A stretch of DNA of 63,824 bases, filler included, from Acidimicrobiia bacterium (GTDB lineage: Bacteria > Actinomycetota > Acidimicrobiia > Spongiisociales > SHLN01): NCBI GenBank assembly GCA_041619515.1. It is 4 parts of 4 records of this genome, joined end to end, with 100 filler letters (N's around TTAATTAATTAA, not from the genome) between each part and the next. Parts side by side here need not be neighbours in the genome. Positions count along the whole stretch, not along the records: positions 33,420 to 49,821 come from JBFKDW010000071.1; 3 more parts are not named here. One strand, written 5' to 3'. The translations under genes were made by a program, and so were the position numbers. The notes under the pieces are model-generated. The model saw nothing but the letters and a program-made list of their open reading frames with translations. It ran no database searches and was not told the origin of the DNA. Below are positions 37,952-48,235 of the stretch, in pieces (position 1 is the first letter of the stretch; each line of letters opens with the position of its first letter).

Positions 37952-38001
37952 CTCTCATTGCGCGACAAGGTTCGAAGCTTCGAGCAACTACATTCGGTGC
38001 C

Positions 38002-38508
38002 ATGTTGATAGGCGAGCGCGTGCGTCTCAGAGAGATGACTCTGGACGACCTGGACGAGACGGTGCGCATCCGCTCCACTCCCGAGGTCAGCGCGCGGTGG
38101 ATGTCGGCCGACGTCGCCGCCGACGTGCGCCAGGCCCTGCTGCAGGACGGTTTGCACTACCTGGTGATCGAAGACGGGCGCGGAACAATGGTGGGCGGGA
38201 TTCAGTGGGAAGCCGAGGCGGATCCCGACTACCGGCACGCATCCATCGACATCTATCTCGACCCGGCCGTGCACGGCCAGGGTTTGTGCATCGACGCGGT
38301 GCGAACCCTCGCCCGCCACCTCTTCGAGGACATCGGGCATCACCGGCTGACCATTGACCCGGCGGCCGACAATCAGGCTGCGATCGGCTGCTACTCGCGT
38401 GTCGGCTTCCGGCCGGTCGGAGTAATGCGCCGATACGAGCTCGGGCCCGACGGCACCTTCCACGACGGTCTGCTAATGGAGCTGCTGGCTGAGGACTTCC
38501 TCGCCTGA
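38002..38508 (+). CDS. GNAT N-acetyltransferase (RimJ/AAC(6')-like)
   Basis: YRHASIDIYLDP, HGQGL, HHRLTIDPAADN, GFRPVGVMRRYE. Confidence 0.85.
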   Translation: MLIGERVRLREMTLDDLDETVRIRSTPEVSARWMSADVAADVRQALLQDGLHYLVIEDGRGTMVGGIQWEAEADPDYRHASIDIYLDPAVHGQGLCIDAVRTLARHLFEDIGHHRLTIDPAADNQAAIGCYSRVGFRPVGVMRRYELGPDGTFHDGLLMELLAEDFLA

Positions 38509-38576
38509 CCGAACCTCACAGGGGCGGTGCACGGACGCGGCCGGACTATGGTCGCCTTCACCCGAGCGAGGATCCG

Positions 38577-39245
38577 ATGAGACTCGAGTCCATCCAGATT
38601 GCCGCCCCCCGAACACTCGACGTGGCCGGCCGTGCGATCGAAACCGGGATCTTCAAGACGTCGGTCGGCGATGCATCGGTCGGCCGGCTGGGTGTGTCCG
38701 GTGACTCGGTCGTCAACCGCAAGCACCATGGGGGGCCCGATCAGGCCGTCTACGTCTACAGCGCCCAGGATTACGCATGGTGGGAGGCCGAGTTGGACGG
38801 TGAGCTGGCCCCGGGAACGTTTGGCGAGAACCTCACGTTCGCGGACTTCGGGGTAGGCGAGGTCATGATCGGGGACCGGTGGCGCCTGGGGGAAGTGCTT
38901 CTCGAAACCACTGCGCCGCGCATTCCGTGTGCCACCCTCGGCGCCAAGATGGCCGACCCCGAGTTCCCCCGCCGCTTTCGAGCCGCTCGCCGCCCCGGCT
39001 TCTACGCCCGCGTGGTGGAGCCCGGCCCGGTGCGGGCAGGGATCGAGATCCAGAGGATTGCGACCACGGGGACGATCCCGCTGCTGGAACTGTTCGACCT
39101 GGTCTACGACCGTGAGGCCGACGCCCCACGATTGCAACGCGCCCTGTTGGCCCCGGTCGCCGAGCGGGCCCGAGCCGATCTCGAGCGCCGCCTCGCCCGA
39201 TCCGTCGCAGGAGGGGGAGCGGCAACCCCGCTCACCGGCGGGTAG
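38577..39245 (+). CDS. MOSC domain protein (YiiM-like)
   Basis: TGIFK, HHGGPDQAVY, FGENLT, PRIPC, PGFYARV. Confidence 0.88.
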   Translation: MRLESIQIAAPRTLDVAGRAIETGIFKTSVGDASVGRLGVSGDSVVNRKHHGGPDQAVYVYSAQDYAWWEAELDGELAPGTFGENLTFADFGVGEVMIGDRWRLGEVLLETTAPRIPCATLGAKMADPEFPRRFRAARRPGFYARVVEPGPVRAGIEIQRIATTGTIPLLELFDLVYDREADAPRLQRALLAPVAERARADLERRLARSVAGGGAATPLTGG

Positions 39246-39272
39246 CCTGGACAAGCCCGAGCAGGAGACAAC

Positions 39273-39554
39273 GTGATCTTTTCAATGGCCCATGCCCAGG
39301 TTGCCGAAGCCGACAGGGAGAATGTCTTCGGCGAATGGTCCGACCTGGTCGTCGGTGAGAAGCCGAGCGGCCTCGTCTCCGCCTATCTGGTGACGGACGG
39401 TGAGTATGTCCGCGTGGCGGCGGTTTGGGAGAGCATCGAGGCCCACGATCGAGCGCTCGACGATGAGAGGACGCACCCGGCGTTCCGGGTATTCGAGGCC
39501 GCCGGGCTCGATCCTCACCACGCGGTGATGCGGGTCATGGGGTCCTTCGGCTAG
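39273..39554 (+). CDS. Small hypothetical protein (ABM-like)
   Basis: AGGAG RBS; AVWESIEAH motif. Confidence 0.6.
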   Translation: MIFSMAHAQVAEADRENVFGEWSDLVVGEKPSGLVSAYLVTDGEYVRVAAVWESIEAHDRALDDERTHPAFRVFEAAGLDPHHAVMRVMGSFG

Positions 39555-39575
39555 CCCACGGCCCGGATCGCCCTT

Positions 39576-40217
39576 CTACCGAGCCGTACCCGACACCTCC
39601 ATCGGGCAGTCGGAGCCGAGCATCCCGAAGCTGCCATCGCCGGAGAGGTTGGCGCCGTCGATTCGTCCCGTCATCCGAAGCACGTCGACGGTGATATCGA
39701 ACGAGCCGCCGCCACCCATCGTTGTGCTGGTGAGGAGCTCACGCGGCCCGCCTTGCCCGCCGATGTAGAAGTCCAGCTGGTCGCCATTCACCTCGACCTC
39801 CCCGATGAAATCGCCTTCACACGAGCCGACGTACACAGCCTGATAGTCGAAGACAACCACACCAGCCGGTTTGCTGCCGGTAGCGGCCGCAGCCGTCGTG
39901 TCTGAGGTCACGGCCGCGATCGTGGTCGGGGGCTGGCCGTCGGCTGGAGTAGTTACCGCCGCCTTGCTCTTGCCGGACGAACAACCCTGCCCGAGGGACG
40001 CGATGACAATGACGACCAGTATCAGCGGCAGCCTGCGGGAGGGTGCACACCCGGGGTCGGCCGCCGCGCGTTCGTTCCGCCCGATCCGATGTAGCCGTCC
40101 CGGAAGATGCAGGCGGCGCCGTGGGTCGGGACTCTCACCGCCAACGGGCCGCGAATCGATCCGCACGACCTTGGGAATCCTAGTTGGCGGGAGCCGGCCG
40201 ATTCCGATCAGGTACAA
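39576..40217 (-). CDS. Hypothetical lipoprotein (start uncertain)
   Basis: LILVVIVIASLGQGC lipobox-like segment and Thr/Ala linker; no clear start near the signal peptide. Confidence 0.45.
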   Translation of the reverse strand: MYLIGIGRLPPTRIPKVVRIDSRPVGGESPDPRRRLHLPGRLHRIGRNERAAADPGCAPSRRLPLILVVIVIASLGQGCSSGKSKAAVTTPADGQPPTTIAAVTSDTTAAAATGSKPAGVVVFDYQAVYVGSCEGDFIGEVEVNGDQLDFYIGGQGGPRELLTSTTMGGGGSFDITVDVLRMTGRIDGANLSGDGSFGMLGSDCPMEVSGTAR

Positions 40218-40433
40218 CCTCGCCGCGGTCAGGTACCGCCAGCGTGGATGATCTCCGTGATCGGTCCCGAGGCGACATCAGATTGTGAAGAACGCCGTTC
40301 GGAACCTGGCACTGGTCCTGCCCCTCGAACTTGAAGCAGTCAACCGTTGCATACACCTGCGGTCCTCTGATTGATTGTCTCCGCTGTTCAAGAGCCGGGA
40401 GCTGTACCGGAGCTCGGGGATTACCCTCAGCCC

Positions 40434-40955
40434 ATGGCGACGGTTGAACGCACTCGGCATCGGCTCGGCAGTCGGCAAGGCCTGACGACCCTGGAGCAGC
40501 GGTACCGGTTTGCCGGGGAGAGGGGGGATGCGATCGCCCGCGTCCTGCTGACGGCGGCGCTGACCGGTGGCGATTCGATCTTCGGCGACCGTCCCGGGGA
40601 GGAGGGAGCTCGCACCAAGTCCACCAGGACACTGCGAGGCTTCTCGCCTGCGCCCGGCTTCCGCTTCGATGTCGTGCTCGGGCACTATGACGAGAGCACC
40701 TTTCTGGTGCGATTCTCACAGCCCGACCGGAAGGTTCCCTACCTCCAGGGCCACCTGGTTTGGGCGGTGGCAGACGAGGGCGACGATGCGATCCTCGACG
40801 AGCAGATCAACACCGAGCGAGCGTTGCAGATAGCCGGCGAACCGCTGACCGGCCCAAGGCCGTCGCTGCGGCGCTGGCTGTTCTTCCGCGCCGGCCACAA
40901 GCAGGTGATGAGCCGGGCAACCCGCAACATTGGGCTGCTGCTCGACCGCCCCTAG
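40434..40955 (+). CDS. Hypothetical protein
   Basis: TACCCT 6 nt before ATG; coding-like sequence. Confidence 0.55.
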   Translation: MATVERTRHRLGSRQGLTTLEQRYRFAGERGDAIARVLLTAALTGGDSIFGDRPGEEGARTKSTRTLRGFSPAPGFRFDVVLGHYDESTFLVRFSQPDRKVPYLQGHLVWAVADEGDDAILDEQINTERALQIAGEPLTGPRPSLRRWLFFRAGHKQVMSRATRNIGLLLDRP

Positions 40956-40972
40956 TCCGGGCCGCAGGCAGA

Positions 40973-41005
40973 CTCCGGACCAGCATCGAGATGGCTGGTC
41001 CGGAG
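40973..41005. terminator. Hairpin between convergent genes
   Basis: CTCCGGACCAGC...GCTGGTCCGGAG, 12-bp stem just after the nrdJ stop. Confidence 0.6.
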
Positions 41006-41016
41006 CTGGTTCCTTC

Positions 41017-44000
41017 CTAGCTGCACCCTTTGCTGTCGCCGCAGTTCATGCAGCGGTAGCAGGACCCGTTGCGGACCGTGATGTGGCCACAGGTGTCGCA
41101 CAGGGGTGCGTCGCCCATGTTGGATGCCAGCGCCGCCTGCACGGAGCTGGTCTGGGCGTCTGTGGCCACCACGGCCGTTGTTTGGGCGGCGGGTTGCCCG
41201 TTGGTGGCGCCAGCGCTGGTGCCATTTGGCCTGGTTGGGGGGGCAGCCGGGGCGTCCGCGCCGGTGGGAGTGGAGTCGATGTCCTCCACCACCTCGGCAT
41301 CGACGAAGGCGGCGGCCTGCGTCTGGGCGGCGATGTCGTCCTCCATCCTGGCTTCCTCGAGGCCGAGTTGGTGGCCGGTCTGGGTGGCGATGCCTCTGGG
41401 AGGCTCCGGCAGGGCCCGGACCTCGGTGGGGGGAACCTGCACGAGATCGGTGCGCCCCAGGTACTCGAGGCCGAGCGCCCGGAACACGTAGTCGACGATG
41501 GAGTTCGCCATCTTGATGTTCGGGTGGCCTTCCACCATTCCCCGCGGCTCGAAGGTCTGGAACGTGAACGTGTCGACGAACTCTTCGAGCGGCACTCCGT
41601 ACTGGAGCCCCTTGCTGACGGCGATGGCAAAGCACGACAGCACGCCGCGCAGCGTGGCGCCCTCTTTGGCGAGATCGATGAACAGCTCACCCAGCGTCCC
41701 GTCCTCGTACTCGCCGGTGCGAACGAACAGCTTGTGCCCGCCGACCCGCGCTTCCTGAGTGAAACCGCTCCGTCGAGCCGGGAGCAGAAAGCGGGGCCGG
41801 CTCATGCCGTGATAGGCCATAGTGGGCGACACCCCGGGAGCGAAGTGAACGGCCGACATTGCCCCGGTCACGATGCGAGCCTCGTCCTCGAGCGCCTCGG
41901 GCAAGCCTTCCAGCTCGTCATCGGGATGCTCGCCTTCGTCGCTCGTCGCCGACAGCGGCTGTGATGCCTTGGAGCCGTCCCGGTAGAGGGCCATCGCCTT
42001 GAGCCCGAGGTCGGCCGACAGCATGTAGCTCTGCTCGATGTCCTCGACCGTCACCTCGTTCGGCATGTTGATCGTCTTGGAGATCGCACCCGAGATGAAC
42101 GGCTGAGCGGCCGCCATCATCTTGATGTGCCCGTTGTGGTGGATGAACCGCTCGCCGTGCTTGCCATTGCGGTTGGCGGTGTCGAACACCGGCAGATGCT
42201 CATCTCGCAGATACGGGGCTCCCTCGATGGTCTGGCGCCCGCAGATGATGTCGTTGGCGGTGCGGATGTCGTCGGTCGAGAACCCGAGCGCCCGCAGCAT
42301 GTCGAAATCGAGCGAGGTGTACTGCTCCTCACTGAAGCCGAGCCGCTGCATGGTCTTCTCGCCGAGCACGAACACGTTGAAGGCGTGCCTGAGCTCGAAT
42401 ACGCCGGGCAGGGTCTCCTCGACGTTTCTCAGATCGTCGGTGGTGAAGCCCTTCGAGGTGAGGCTGGCCCGGTTCACGCCGGGCGCACCCAGCAACGTCA
42501 TCGTGCCGACCACGTAGTCGACGATCTCGTCGATCTGGTCGGCCGTGTATCCGAGATGACGCAGCGCCGGTGCTATCGACTGGTTGGCGATCTTGAAATA
42601 TCCGCCGCCGGCCAGCTTCTTGAACTTGACGAGCGCGAAGTCGGGCTCCACGCCGGTTGTGTCGCAGTCCATCTGCAGGCCGATGGTGCCGGTCGGTGCC
42701 AGCACGGTCGCCTGGGCGTTGCGGAAGCCGTGCTGCTCACCCAGGTTGAGGGCGTTGTCCCATACCAGCTGGGCGGTCTGCAGCAGGTCGGCAGGAGCCA
42801 GATCCGGGTCGATGCCCATGACGTAATGGCTCAGACCCTCGTATTCGCCGGCATCGGAGTTGTAGGCCGCCCGGCGATGATTGCGGATCACCCGCAGCAT
42901 CGAGTCCTTGTTCATCTCGTACTTGGCAAACGGGCCGAGCACAGATGCCATCTCGGCCGAGGTTGCATACGAGTGGCCGGTGAGGATGGCGGTGAGCGTT
43001 CCGGCAATGGCACGCCCCTCGTCGGAGTCGTAGGGGATGCCCGAGCGCATGAGCAGCGAGCCGAGGTTGGCATAGCCCAGCCCCAATGTCCGATAGTTGT
43101 AGGAGCCCTCGGCGATCTCGCGAGAAGGGAACTGCGCCATCGTCACCGAGATCTCCAGGACGATGGTCCACAAGCGGACCGCGTGCAGGTAGGCATCGAT
43201 GTCGAAGGCTTGCTCTTCGTCGTCGTAGAACTTGACGAGGTTGAGGCTGGCCAGGTTGCAGGCTGTGTTGTCGAGGAACATGTACTCGCTGCAGGGGTTG
43301 CTGGCACGAATTCGTCCCTCGGCCGGTGAGGTGTGCCACTCGTTGATCGTGGTGTCGAACTGGACCCCGGGATCGGCGCACGACCAGGCGGCTTCGGCGA
43401 TCTGGCGCCACAGGTCGCGAGCCCGCAGCTTCTTCATCACGTCACCGCTCTTGCGGGATGTCAGTGCCCACAGCTCGTCGTTGATGACCGCCTGGATGAA
43501 GTCGATCGGAACCCGTACCGAGTTGTTGGAGTTCTGGCCCGAAACGGTCTGGTAGGCCTCTCCGTTGAAGTCGGAGGGATAGCCGGAGGCGATGAGTGCC
43601 CGCACCTTGTTCTCTTCTTCCATCTTCCAGCTGATGAACTCTTCGATGTCGGGATGGTCGAGGTCGAGGATCACCATCTTGGCGGCCCGGCGGGTGGTGC
43701 CGCCCGACTTGATGGCGCCGGCCGCACGATCGCCGATCTTGAGAAAGGACATGATTCCCGACGAGCGGCCTCCACCGGAGAGGCGCTCGCCTTCGCCCCG
43801 TATCTTCGAGAAGTTGGTTCCCGTACCGGAACCAAATTTGAACAACCGGGCCTCCCGCAGCCACAGGTCCATGATGCCGCCGTCGTTGACGAGGTCGTCT
43901 TCGACGGCCTGGATGAAGCAGGCGTGCGGGGCGGGCCGCGTGTAGGAGTCGTCGGCCGGGACCGATTCCTCGGTGTCGGGGTCTACGAACCAGAAGCCCT

Positions 44001-44493
44001 GGGCGGGGCCGGTCAGCCCGTATGCGAGGTTGAGCCCGGTGTTGAACCACTGCGGAGAGTTGGGGGAGGCGATCTGGTGGACGAGCATGTAGGTGAGCTC
44101 GTCCTGGAACGCCTGGGCGTCGTCGGCGGATGCGAAGTAGCCGTTGTCCTCGCCCCATGCCCGCCAGGTGGCCGAGAGGCGGCCGATGGTCTGGCGGGCG
44201 GAATGCTCCGGGTCGAGCACGGGGTTGCCGCCGTCGTCGAGGATGGCGTGACCGTCGTCGTCGACCTGCGGAACGCCGGCCTTGCGGAAGTACTTGGAGA
44301 CGATGATGTCCGAGGCGACCTGCGACCAGGAGGCCGGGACCTCGGCGCCGAGCATCTCGAAGACCACCGAGCCATCCGGATTGGTGATCCGCGAATTACG
44401 CCGCTCCCACTCGATGGTGTCGAACGGATCCTGGCCTGCCCGGGTGAATCGCCGGGGGATTCTCATGCCGTTGCGCACTGCCGCTTCTGTCAT
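41017..44493 (-). CDS. nrdJ: Vitamin B12-dependent ribonucleotide reductase (class II)
   Basis: SPNSPQWFN, ACFI, SNPCSEY, APTGT, SGAISKT, C-terminal CxxC...CxxC...GCS. Confidence 0.95.
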   Translation of the reverse strand: MTEAAVRNGMRIPRRFTRAGQDPFDTIEWERRNSRITNPDGSVVFEMLGAEVPASWSQVASDIIVSKYFRKAGVPQVDDDGHAILDDGGNPVLDPEHSARQTIGRLSATWRAWGEDNGYFASADDAQAFQDELTYMLVHQIASPNSPQWFNTGLNLAYGLTGPAQGFWFVDPDTEESVPADDSYTRPAPHACFIQAVEDDLVNDGGIMDLWLREARLFKFGSGTGTNFSKIRGEGERLSGGGRSSGIMSFLKIGDRAAGAIKSGGTTRRAAKMVILDLDHPDIEEFISWKMEEENKVRALIASGYPSDFNGEAYQTVSGQNSNNSVRVPIDFIQAVINDELWALTSRKSGDVMKKLRARDLWRQIAEAAWSCADPGVQFDTTINEWHTSPAEGRIRASNPCSEYMFLDNTACNLASLNLVKFYDDEEQAFDIDAYLHAVRLWTIVLEISVTMAQFPSREIAEGSYNYRTLGLGYANLGSLLMRSGIPYDSDEGRAIAGTLTAILTGHSYATSAEMASVLGPFAKYEMNKDSMLRVIRNHRRAAYNSDAGEYEGLSHYVMGIDPDLAPADLLQTAQLVWDNALNLGEQHGFRNAQATVLAPTGTIGLQMDCDTTGVEPDFALVKFKKLAGGGYFKIANQSIAPALRHLGYTADQIDEIVDYVVGTMTLLGAPGVNRASLTSKGFTTDDLRNVEETLPGVFELRHAFNVFVLGEKTMQRLGFSEEQYTSLDFDMLRALGFSTDDIRTANDIICGRQTIEGAPYLRDEHLPVFDTANRNGKHGERFIHHNGHIKMMAAAQPFISGAISKTINMPNEVTVEDIEQSYMLSADLGLKAMALYRDGSKASQPLSATSDEGEHPDDELEGLPEALEDEARIVTGAMSAVHFAPGVSPTMAYHGMSRPRFLLPARRSGFTQEARVGGHKLFVRTGEYEDGTLGELFIDLAKEGATLRGVLSCFAIAVSKGLQYGVPLEEFVDTFTFQTFEPRGMVEGHPNIKMANSIVDYVFRALGLEYLGRTDLVQVPPTEVRALPEPPRGIATQTGHQLGLEEARMEDDIAAQTQAAAFVDAEVVEDIDSTPTGADAPAAPPTRPNGTSAGATNGQPAAQTTAVVATDAQTSSVQAALASNMGDAPLCDTCGHITVRNGSCYRCMNCGDSKGCS

Positions 44494-44598
44494 CTAAACG
44501 CTCCTCGAAGTTCGTCTTCCGGTGTCCCAGGTAGTCCGTCTGAAGGCCGTTGCCGGCTTGCCTTTCTCCCTAGGCACTCACCTTTTCCTCCCCCCAAA

Positions 44599-44646
44599 CC
44601 ACAAGATGTAGTGGTGCGATTGGCGAGCTACCACATCATCTTGGGC
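44599..44646. promoter_or_regulatory. Tandem NrdR boxes
   Basis: CCACAAGATGTAGTGG (44599-44614) and CCACATCATCTTGGGC (44631-44646), starts 32 bp apart, upstream of nrdJ. Confidence 0.8.
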
Positions 44647-44886
44647 TGGACCCGCGATATTAATCACAGAGATGTAGTTACGTCAAGCGTATTACACGAG
44701 TGTGATATGAAACGCGAAAGAAACCCTTGTCGCGTCGGGAAGATACGAGCCGGGGGGAGGTGATCCCACGATAGAAGACGATCCCGAAGTCGCGGAAACG
44801 CGGGAAGGTGGGGCGCGAAAGATTGCCGTGGCGGGGCGCCCGGCAACGACCGAGTGCCTCGCCACAGGTTCGCGTAGCCTCACGGC

Positions 44887-45795
44887 ATGGTCGCCATCAC
44901 CAGCCGCCAGAAGGTCATGTTCCCGGCGTCGGGCGTGACGAAAGGCGACCTGATCGACTACTACCTGGCGGTGGCTCCGGTCATGCTGGAGCATCTCCGC
45001 AACCGGCCGCTCACCCTCGAACGGTTTCCGGCCGGCATCGGTGCCCGCGGATTCATGCAGAAGAAAGCCCCGGACTACTTCCCCGATTTCATCGGACGCT
45101 GCCCGATCGGCAAGCAGGACGGTGAGACCGTGCATCCGGTGATTACCGATGCCGACGGTCTCGTCTACCTGGCGAATCAGAACACGATCACCTTCCACGC
45201 TCCCACCGTCACCATCGCGGACCTGGACCGCCCCGATCGGCTGATCTTCGATCTCGATCCGTCCCCGGGCCGGCTGGGAGATGCCCGGGCGGCTGCCCGC
45301 ATCATCAAGGATTTCCTCGACAGCCTCCAGCTGCCGGCGTTCATCACCACCACCGGATCCAAGGGGTATCACGTCGTGACTCCGCTCGACGGGACCGCCA
45401 CTTCGGCCGAGGCAGCAGAAACGGCCCAGGGCATCGCCCGCCTGGCGGTGGCGCACGCCCCCGAGCTGCTCACGTTGGAGTTCCAGAAGAAGAATCGCCG
45501 GAGCCGGGTCTTCGTCGATTGGCTCCGCAACGGGCTCGGCGCCACCGCCGCCGTTCCCTGGTCGGTTCGACCGCTCCCGAACGCTCCGGTCGCGATGCCG
45601 ATCTCGTGGGACGAGCTCGAGAGCTCCGCGCCCGATGATTTCACACTCACCAAGGCCACCTCACGGGTCGAGCACCACTCCTGGGGAGGATTCGCCGCCC
45701 GCAGCAGCGACCTGTCGGTGGCTCACAGCTCGGTGATCTCGCTGCTGGAATCGGCCGGTCTGCAACTCGAGACGTTCGACCGATTCCGAAGCTGA
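44887..45795 (+). CDS. LigD-type primase-polymerase domain protein (stand-alone)
   Basis: TKGDLIDYY, RPLTLERFP, FDLDP, TTGSKGYH, FVDWLRN, PWSVR. Confidence 0.88.
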   Translation: MVAITSRQKVMFPASGVTKGDLIDYYLAVAPVMLEHLRNRPLTLERFPAGIGARGFMQKKAPDYFPDFIGRCPIGKQDGETVHPVITDADGLVYLANQNTITFHAPTVTIADLDRPDRLIFDLDPSPGRLGDARAAARIIKDFLDSLQLPAFITTTGSKGYHVVTPLDGTATSAEAAETAQGIARLAVAHAPELLTLEFQKKNRRSRVFVDWLRNGLGATAAVPWSVRPLPNAPVAMPISWDELESSAPDDFTLTKATSRVEHHSWGGFAARSSDLSVAHSSVISLLESAGLQLETFDRFRS

Positions 45796-45804
45796 GGCGG
45801 GCAC

Positions 45805-46521
45805 CTAGGCGAACAGCCGTCCCTGCGGATCCGGCCGGCGATAGCGGGGCTCGGTGATCTCGGGGATCGTGTCCATGAACGCCCAGCTCTTGCGGTGGAT
45901 GGGGCTGGGGCCGAGAGTTGCGAGGCCGGCGACGTGGTGCGGGCCGTTGTAGCCCTTGTTGTTTTCGAAGTTGTAGCCGGGGAAGCGAACGGCCATCCGC
46001 CGCATGATGCGGTCCCGGGTCACTTTGGCGAGGATGGACGCCGACGCCACCGACAAGCAGACGGCGTCCGCTCTGACCAGCTTCTTGATGCGCCCCCCGG
46101 AGACCGCCCCGCCCACGAAGTCCCAGTTGCCGTCGATGAGGGCCACGTCCGGCGTGATCCCGAGGCCGGCGATGGCCCGCCTGGCTGCGATCCGCTGCGC
46201 CTCCGACATCCCGTAGCGGTCACATTCCCAGTGGGAGGCGTGACCGACTGCCCATGCTTCGACCCACTCGGCAATCCGGCCGAAGAGAGCCTCCCGTTCT
46301 TCCTCTCGCAGCATCTTCGAGTCGCGCACCTTGTAGATGCGCCGGTCTTTGGGAACCACGGCCGCTCCGACGCTGATCGGTCCGGCCCAGGCGCCGCGCC
46401 CCACCTCATCGACCCCGGCGACGATCGCGAGGCCCTGCTCCCACAGCTCCCGCTCGAAGTGGAGCCCGGGTGATTTGCGCTTGATCGCGCGACGGAGCTT
46501 GGGCACGGTGGCGGTCGACAT
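45805..46521 (-). CDS. rnhB: Ribonuclease HII
   Basis: AGVDEVGRG, RDSK, LIDG, ASILAKVTRD, NKGY, HRKS. Confidence 0.93.
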   Translation of the reverse strand: MSTATVPKLRRAIKRKSPGLHFERELWEQGLAIVAGVDEVGRGAWAGPISVGAAVVPKDRRIYKVRDSKMLREEEREALFGRIAEWVEAWAVGHASHWECDRYGMSEAQRIAARRAIAGLGITPDVALIDGNWDFVGGAVSGGRIKKLVRADAVCLSVASASILAKVTRDRIMRRMAVRFPGYNFENNKGYNGPHHVAGLATLGPSPIHRKSWAFMDTIPEITEPRYRRPDPQGRLFA

Positions 46522-46559
46522 TATCGGCGAGCGTACCAGTGCCCACAGAGTGCCCGGGC

Positions 46560-46586
46560 TTTACGGCCCTTTTACGTTTCGTTACG
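46560..46586 (+). promoter_or_regulatory. Direct repeats, candidate OmpR-family binding site
   Basis: TTTACG-N5-TTTACG-N4-GTTACG upstream of the LPXTG gene. Confidence 0.5.
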
Positions 46587-46640
46587 TAGAACTGCGTGGC
46601 TTTCACCGAATGACTCCCCGAACCACCTTCGAGGAGAGAC

Positions 46641-47525
46641 ATGAAGCGAATACTCATCACGATCAGCCTGATCCTCTACAGCCTGATCGCACTTCCTGCG
46701 CCGGCTTCAGGAACCGATGCCGCCCCACCCGCATGCCCGCTCCAGGGCGACCACGTCGTGGCACTGGCCCAGACGTTTCTGCTCGGATGGAACCAGGAGC
46801 AGAGCCGACTCGGTCCGTTCCCCGCCTCGATCCCGGCCGGTCGGTACGAGCTCACGGTGGCCTCGTGGGACGATCATTCGGACAAGCCGAGTCAGGATGA
46901 CGAGCAGCCCAACGAGATCTGGTACCTGTCCGCCCACGGCGGGGGCTCCGAGATTGCACGGAGTACTACGACTCCCGACGTGCCGGGCGGCCAGGACCTG
47001 CTCGTCAGTTCCCTGGGCACCATCGACTTGATCGGCGACGTCGATTCCCTCACCGTGCACCACGGCTTCTTCGACGCCTACAACCCGAACTCGGTGGTTC
47101 CCCTGTGCGTCGCTCTCACGACTGTCACAGCTTCACCGGTGGTCGCCACTGTGGTGTCGGCTCCGGTGGTGGAGAACGGCGCAGCCGCCGCCTCGCAGCC
47201 TGTGGCCTCACACACAGCGCCAGTCGAGGCTGCGCCTGTCGCCGCCTCCGCCGCGCCGGAATCGCTGAACGTCGCCTCCTCCCGCGGCATCGTCCCGGCG
47301 CAGGTCTCGCCGCGCAACCAGATTCCGATGGCCGTGGTGAATTCGAGAACCGAGAGGCCGGCAGCGGTGCTCACTGAAGTCGGTGTGATGGGAATCCGGG
47401 CGCAGCTGACCGAGCTTCCCGACACTGGGATTCACAGCAGCCTGGCCGGGGCCGGGCTCGTCGCTCTCGCCCTCGGGATGATGCTGCTGCGCCTAGGCCG
47501 CAACCCGGCTGCCAGCGAGCTGTAG
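46641..47525 (+). CDS. Secreted LPXTG-anchored protein
   Basis: Signal peptide, Ala/Pro linker, LPDTG followed by TM helix and basic tail; GAGGAG RBS. Confidence 0.8.
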   Translation: MKRILITISLILYSLIALPAPASGTDAAPPACPLQGDHVVALAQTFLLGWNQEQSRLGPFPASIPAGRYELTVASWDDHSDKPSQDDEQPNEIWYLSAHGGGSEIARSTTTPDVPGGQDLLVSSLGTIDLIGDVDSLTVHHGFFDAYNPNSVVPLCVALTTVTASPVVATVVSAPVVENGAAAASQPVASHTAPVEAAPVAASAAPESLNVASSRGIVPAQVSPRNQIPMAVVNSRTERPAAVLTEVGVMGIRAQLTELPDTGIHSSLAGAGLVALALGMMLLRLGRNPAASEL

Positions 47526-47566
47526 AGGACGTTGATTCACTCCGGTCGTGTCGGTAACGTCGGCAT

Positions 47567-48235
47567 GTGGACCGCCCAATCCTGATGATCGAGGACGAGC
47601 CGATGTTCTCCGAGCTCGTGACCAGGGCCTTCGGGAAAGAGGGTTACGACGTGGTCGTCGAAGCGACCGGTCGGGGCGGGCTCGAAGCGTTCGCCACCAT
47701 TCACCCCCAGGTCGTCATTCTCGATCTGCGGCTCCCCGACATGGACGGGCTCGACGTCTGTCGCGAGATCAGGGCGATATCACAGGTGCCGATTGTCATC
47801 CTGTCGTCCAAAGCCGACGAGATGAACAAGGTGCTCGGCCTCGAGCTGGGGGCCGACGACTACGCCACCAAGCCGTTCTCGCCCCGCGAGCTGCTGGCCA
47901 GGGTGCGGGCGATCCAGCGGCGGGTCGGCACACTGCCCGCCCGCCTCCCGTTGGTGGAGATCGGGGGATACGAGGTCGATTTCAAGCGGCGGGAGGTGCG
48001 GTCCCCGGACGGCGTCATCGATCTCACCGCTCGCGAGTTCGATGTGCTTCGGCACTTCATCGATCACCGGGGGGCAGCCGTGTCCCGTCAGGAGTTGTTC
48101 TCCGCCGTGTGGGGCCAGGAGTTCCTCGGGCGTTCCCGCACGGTCGACGCCCATGTCGCCACCCTCAGGGGCAAGATGCCCAACCTCGACATTTCCACGC
48201 TGCGCGGGATCGGCTACCGGTTGGAGGGCGCATAG
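47567..48235 (+). CDS. OmpR/PhoB family response regulator
   Basis: IEDE, ILDLRLPDMDG, GADDYATKPF, LTAREF, RTVDAHV, RGIGY. Confidence 0.93.
   Translation: MDRPILMIEDEPMFSELVTRAFGKEGYDVVVEATGRGGLEAFATIHPQVVILDLRLPDMDGLDVCREIRAISQVPIVILSSKADEMNKVLGLELGADDYATKPFSPRELLARVRAIQRRVGTLPARLPLVEIGGYEVDFKRREVRSPDGVIDLTAREFDVLRHFIDHRGAAVSRQELFSAVWGQEFLGRSRTVDAHVATLRGKMPNLDISTLRGIGYRLEGA

Noticed and set aside
38002..38508. Aminoglycoside resistance gene
   Set aside because: Family resemblance only, with no mobile context; the substrate cannot be assigned from sequence.
40218..40433. Lower-GC intergenic stretch with short ORFs
   Set aside because: No recognisable motif, RBS or repeat; possibly decayed DNA.
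44494..44886. Cobalamin riboswitch upstream of nrdJ
   Set aside because: No B12-box or conserved core recognised; the region is explained by NrdR boxes and promoters.
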